Below are positions 61,539 to 64,000 of a DNA stretch of 64,000 bases, in pieces (position 1 is the first letter of the stretch; each line of letters opens with the position of its first letter). Origin of the DNA: Chromatiales bacterium (GTDB lineage Bacteria > Pseudomonadota > Gammaproteobacteria > SZUA-140); contig JBJHCZ010000003.1 in NCBI GenBank assembly GCA_050486285.1, forward strand, positions 23,886 through 87,885, given 5' to 3'. The position numbers and the translations under genes are program-made. Under the pieces are notes generated by a model, which was not told the DNA's origin, ran no database searches, and saw nothing but the letters and a program-made list of their open reading frames with translations.

Positions 61539-61686
61539 GCGCTAACCTGCTGTTGACAAGGCCCGGTGTGTTTTCTCCGCGAATGGCTCGCCTCGCTGCC
61601 GCTGCGCGGCACCCTTCGGGCTCCGGCGATGCTGCGCTTGACTTCGCTGCGCAAACCCACCGGGCCTTGTCAACAGCCGGTTAGCG
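61539..61686. repeat. ~145-bp structured repeat, copy 3 (intercistronic between hisC and hisB)
   Basis: Core identical to the other copies bar a few substitutions. Terminal inverted repeats GCGCTAACCTGCTGTTGACAAGGCCCGGTG / revcomp with one mismatch. Confidence 0.7.
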
Positions 61687-61698
61687 CAACAACGAGCC

Positions 61699-62820
61699 TC
61701 AGAGGGTGGCCAGCACCTCTTCGAGCGCCGCGAGGAAGCGCTCGTTCTCGTGCGGGGCGCCGACGGTGACGCGCAGGCAGTCGCGCAGCGCGGGGCCGGC
61801 GGCGCCGAGGTTCTTGATCAGGACCTTGCGTTCGCGCAGCCCGGCGAACACCTCGTCACCGCGGCCCGCCGGGGCCCGGAACAGGATGAAATTCGCGCGG
61901 CTCGGCCACACCAGAAGGCCGTCGAGGGCGCGCAGGCCCTCGGTCAGGCGCTCGCGGTCGTCGATGATGCGCCGCGCCTGCTGGTCGAGCATGTCGCGGT
62001 GGCCGAGCGCAAACTCGGCGCTGACCTGGCTCAGGGCGTTGACGTTGTACGGCAGCCGGATCTTGTCGAGCTCGCGGATCCACGCCGCGGGTCCCGCGAC
62101 CATGCCGAGGCGCAGGCCGGCGAGCCCCATCTTCGACAGCGTGCGCAGCACCAGCAGGTTCGGATAATCGCCGAGCCACGGCATCAGCGTGGCTTCGGAA
62201 AAGGCATGATAGGCCTCGTCGATGATGACGAGGCCGGGCGCCGCCTCGAGGATCGCGCGCAAGGCGTCCTCGTCAAACAGCCGGCCAGAGGGATTGTTAG
62301 GATAATCGATCAGTACCAGCGCCGGACGCCGCGCCTCGATCGCCCGCAGCATCGCCGCAGTGTCGAGGGAGAAGTCTTCGCCGAGCGGCACGGTCGCGAA
62401 CTCGAGCCCGGCGAAGATCGAGATCATCCGGTACATGCTGAACGCCGGATCGGCGGCCAGCGCGCAGCGCCCCGGCCCCGCGACCGCCATCGCGATCATC
62501 TGGATCAGCTCGTCCGAGCCGTTGCCGAGCATGACCTCCATGCCCGCCGGCACCTCGAAATGGTCGCGCAGGCGCTGCATCAGCTGGCGCGGCGACGGAT
62601 CGGGATAGCGATTCAGGCTGACGTCGCGGAGCATCGTCAGCCACTCGTCGACGACCGTCTCCGGCCACTGATAGGGATTCTCCATCGCGTCGAGCTTGAC
62701 CATGCCGCTCGCGGGCGGCACATGGTAGGCATTCAGGGCGCGGATCTCCGGCCTGATCCACTCCCGGATCAGGCCGTCGATGGCCGCGTCCCGGCGATGG
62801 CTATCGGACGATGCGTTCAC
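61699..62820 (-). CDS. hisC: Histidinol-phosphate aminotransferase
   Basis: Class-II aminotransferase pattern (LNAYHVP, YPNNPSG, DEAY, TLSKMGLAGLRLG with the PLP lysine). Confidence 0.9.
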   Translation of the reverse strand: MNASSDSHRRDAAIDGLIREWIRPEIRALNAYHVPPASGMVKLDAMENPYQWPETVVDEWLTMLRDVSLNRYPDPSPRQLMQRLRDHFEVPAGMEVMLGNGSDELIQMIAMAVAGPGRCALAADPAFSMYRMISIFAGLEFATVPLGEDFSLDTAAMLRAIEARRPALVLIDYPNNPSGRLFDEDALRAILEAAPGLVIIDEAYHAFSEATLMPWLGDYPNLLVLRTLSKMGLAGLRLGMVAGPAAWIRELDKIRLPYNVNALSQVSAEFALGHRDMLDQQARRIIDDRERLTEGLRALDGLLVWPSRANFILFRAPAGRGDEVFAGLRERKVLIKNLGAAGPALRDCLRVTVGAPHENERFLAALEEVLATL

Positions 62821-62833
62821 GGGCAGCCCGGGT

Positions 62834-64000
62834 TCAGTCGCCGTCGCGCCCGTCGCGGCGATATTCGGCCGAGCGCGCGTGCGCGGTCAGGCCTTCGCTG
62901 CGGGCGAGCATCGAGGCGGTCGCGCCGAGCGCGGCCGCGCCCGCGGGCGAGCACATGATCAGGCTCGAGCGCTTCTGGAAATCGTAGACCCCGAGCGGCG
63001 ACGAGAAGCGCGCCGTGCGCGAGGTCGGCAGGACATGGTTCGGTCCGGCGACATAGTCGCCGATCGCCTCGGCGGTATGGCGGCCCATGAAGATCGCGCC
63101 GGCATGGCGGATCTTCGGCGCCAGCGTCACGGGATCCTCGACCGAAAGCTCGAGGTGCTCGGGCGCGACATAGTTGGCGACCTCGGCGGCGTCGTCGAGA
63201 TCGCGCGCGCGAATCAGCGCCGAGCGCTTCGCCATCGAGGTACGGATGATGGCGGCGCGCTCCATCCCCGGCAGCAGCCGGTGGATGCTCGCCTCGACCG
63301 CATCGAGATAGGCCGGGTCCGGGCACACCAGGATCGACTGGGCGTCCTCGTCATGCTCGGACTGCGAAAACAGGTCCATAGCGACCCAGTCCGGCGGCGT
63401 GCCGCCGTCGCAGATGACGAGGATCTCGGACGGCCCGGCGATCATGTCGATACCGACTGCGCCGTAGACCAGGCTCTTCGCGGTCGCGACATAGATATTG
63501 CCGGGCCCGACGATCTTGTCGACGCGCGGGATCGTTTCCGTGCCCCAGGCCAGCGCCGCGACCGCCTGCGCGCCGCCGATCGTGAACACACGGTCGACGC
63601 CGGAGATCACCGCGGCGGCCAGCACGAGATCGTTGAGGACGCCGTCCGGGGCCGGCACCACCATGACCAGCTCGCGCACACCGGCGACGCGCGCGGGGAT
63701 TGCGTTCATGATCACCGTCGAGGGATAGGCCGCCTTGCCGCCCGGCACATAGAGGCCGACGCGATCGAGCGCCGTGACCTGCTGGCCGAGCATCGTACCG
63801 TCGGCCTCGGTATAGGACCAGGAATCGGCCTTCTGGTGTTCGTGATAGGCACGCACCCGCTGCGCCGCCAGCTCGAGCGCGGCGCGGTGATCGGTGGGGA
63901 TCTCCGCCAGCGCCCGCCGCAGGCGTGCCTGGTCGAGTTCGAGGCCGGCGATCGTGGCAGCCTCCAGGCGATCGAAGCGCCGGGTGTATTCGAGCACCGC
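62834..64000 (-). CDS. hisD: Histidinol dehydrogenase, N-terminus beyond window edge
   Basis: [22 protein letters not shown]...[13 protein letters not shown]...PEHLEL. The reading frame stays open to position 64000 with no start codon, so the gene extends out of the window. Confidence 0.9.
   Translation of the reverse strand, partial: AVLEYTRRFDRLEAATIAGLELDQARLRRALAEIPTDHRAALELAAQRVRAYHEHQKADSWSYTEADGTMLGQQVTALDRVGLYVPGGKAAYPSTVIMNAIPARVAGVRELVMVVPAPDGVLNDLVLAAAVISGVDRVFTIGGAQAVAALAWGTETIPRVDKIVGPGNIYVATAKSLVYGAVGIDMIAGPSEILVICDGGTPPDWVAMDLFSQSEHDEDAQSILVCPDPAYLDAVEASIHRLLPGMERAAIIRTSMAKRSALIRARDLDDAAEVANYVAPEHLELSVEDPVTLAPKIRHAGAIFMGRHTAEAIGDYVAGPNHVLPTSRTARFSSPLGVYDFQKRSSLIMCSPAGAAALGATASMLARSEGLTAHARSAEYRRDGRDGD

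Overview
High-GC (~68%) gammaproteobacterial-type chromosomal window, densely coded, mostly on the minus strand. From start to end it contains: System I cytochrome c maturation genes ccmG(partial)-F-E-D-C-B-A; a TonB-dependent receptor with a Fur-box-like element; a MoxR/DUF58/BatA/BatB/BatD operon. The main accessory region follows at ~14.9-32.5 kb: a minus-strand gene train encoding a DsbA-like protein, a TPR protein, System II cytochrome c maturation (CcsA/ResB), an 11-heme paired-CXXCH cytochrome, two NHL-repeat lipoproteins, three small triheme cytochromes, a cupredoxin-domain lipoprotein, a large OM beta-barrel, a parvulin PPIase, a tetraheme paired-CXXCH cytochrome and two porins. I read this as a candidate outer-membrane porin-cytochrome electron conduit. 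After it come: tRNA-Gln, rplM-rpsI, a 2Fe-2S ferredoxin, glcF-like, coq7, speD, a VOC protein, osmC, crp(vfr), a TraF-like OMP, trpCDGE, gph, rpe, a complete Alternative Complex III operon (actAB1B2CDEF), nif3, degS/algW, tatCBA and hisEI-F-A-H-B-C-D (hisD runs off the window edge). Two families of non-coding repeats are scattered through: a GGGGTCAGAGTAGAC-type REP palindrome, and a ~145-bp element with a conserved core and covarying closing stems, two copies of which sit intercistronically in the his operon. No transposase, integrase or CRISPR array was seen. Most plus-strand ORFs in the supplied track are high-GC antisense artefacts.
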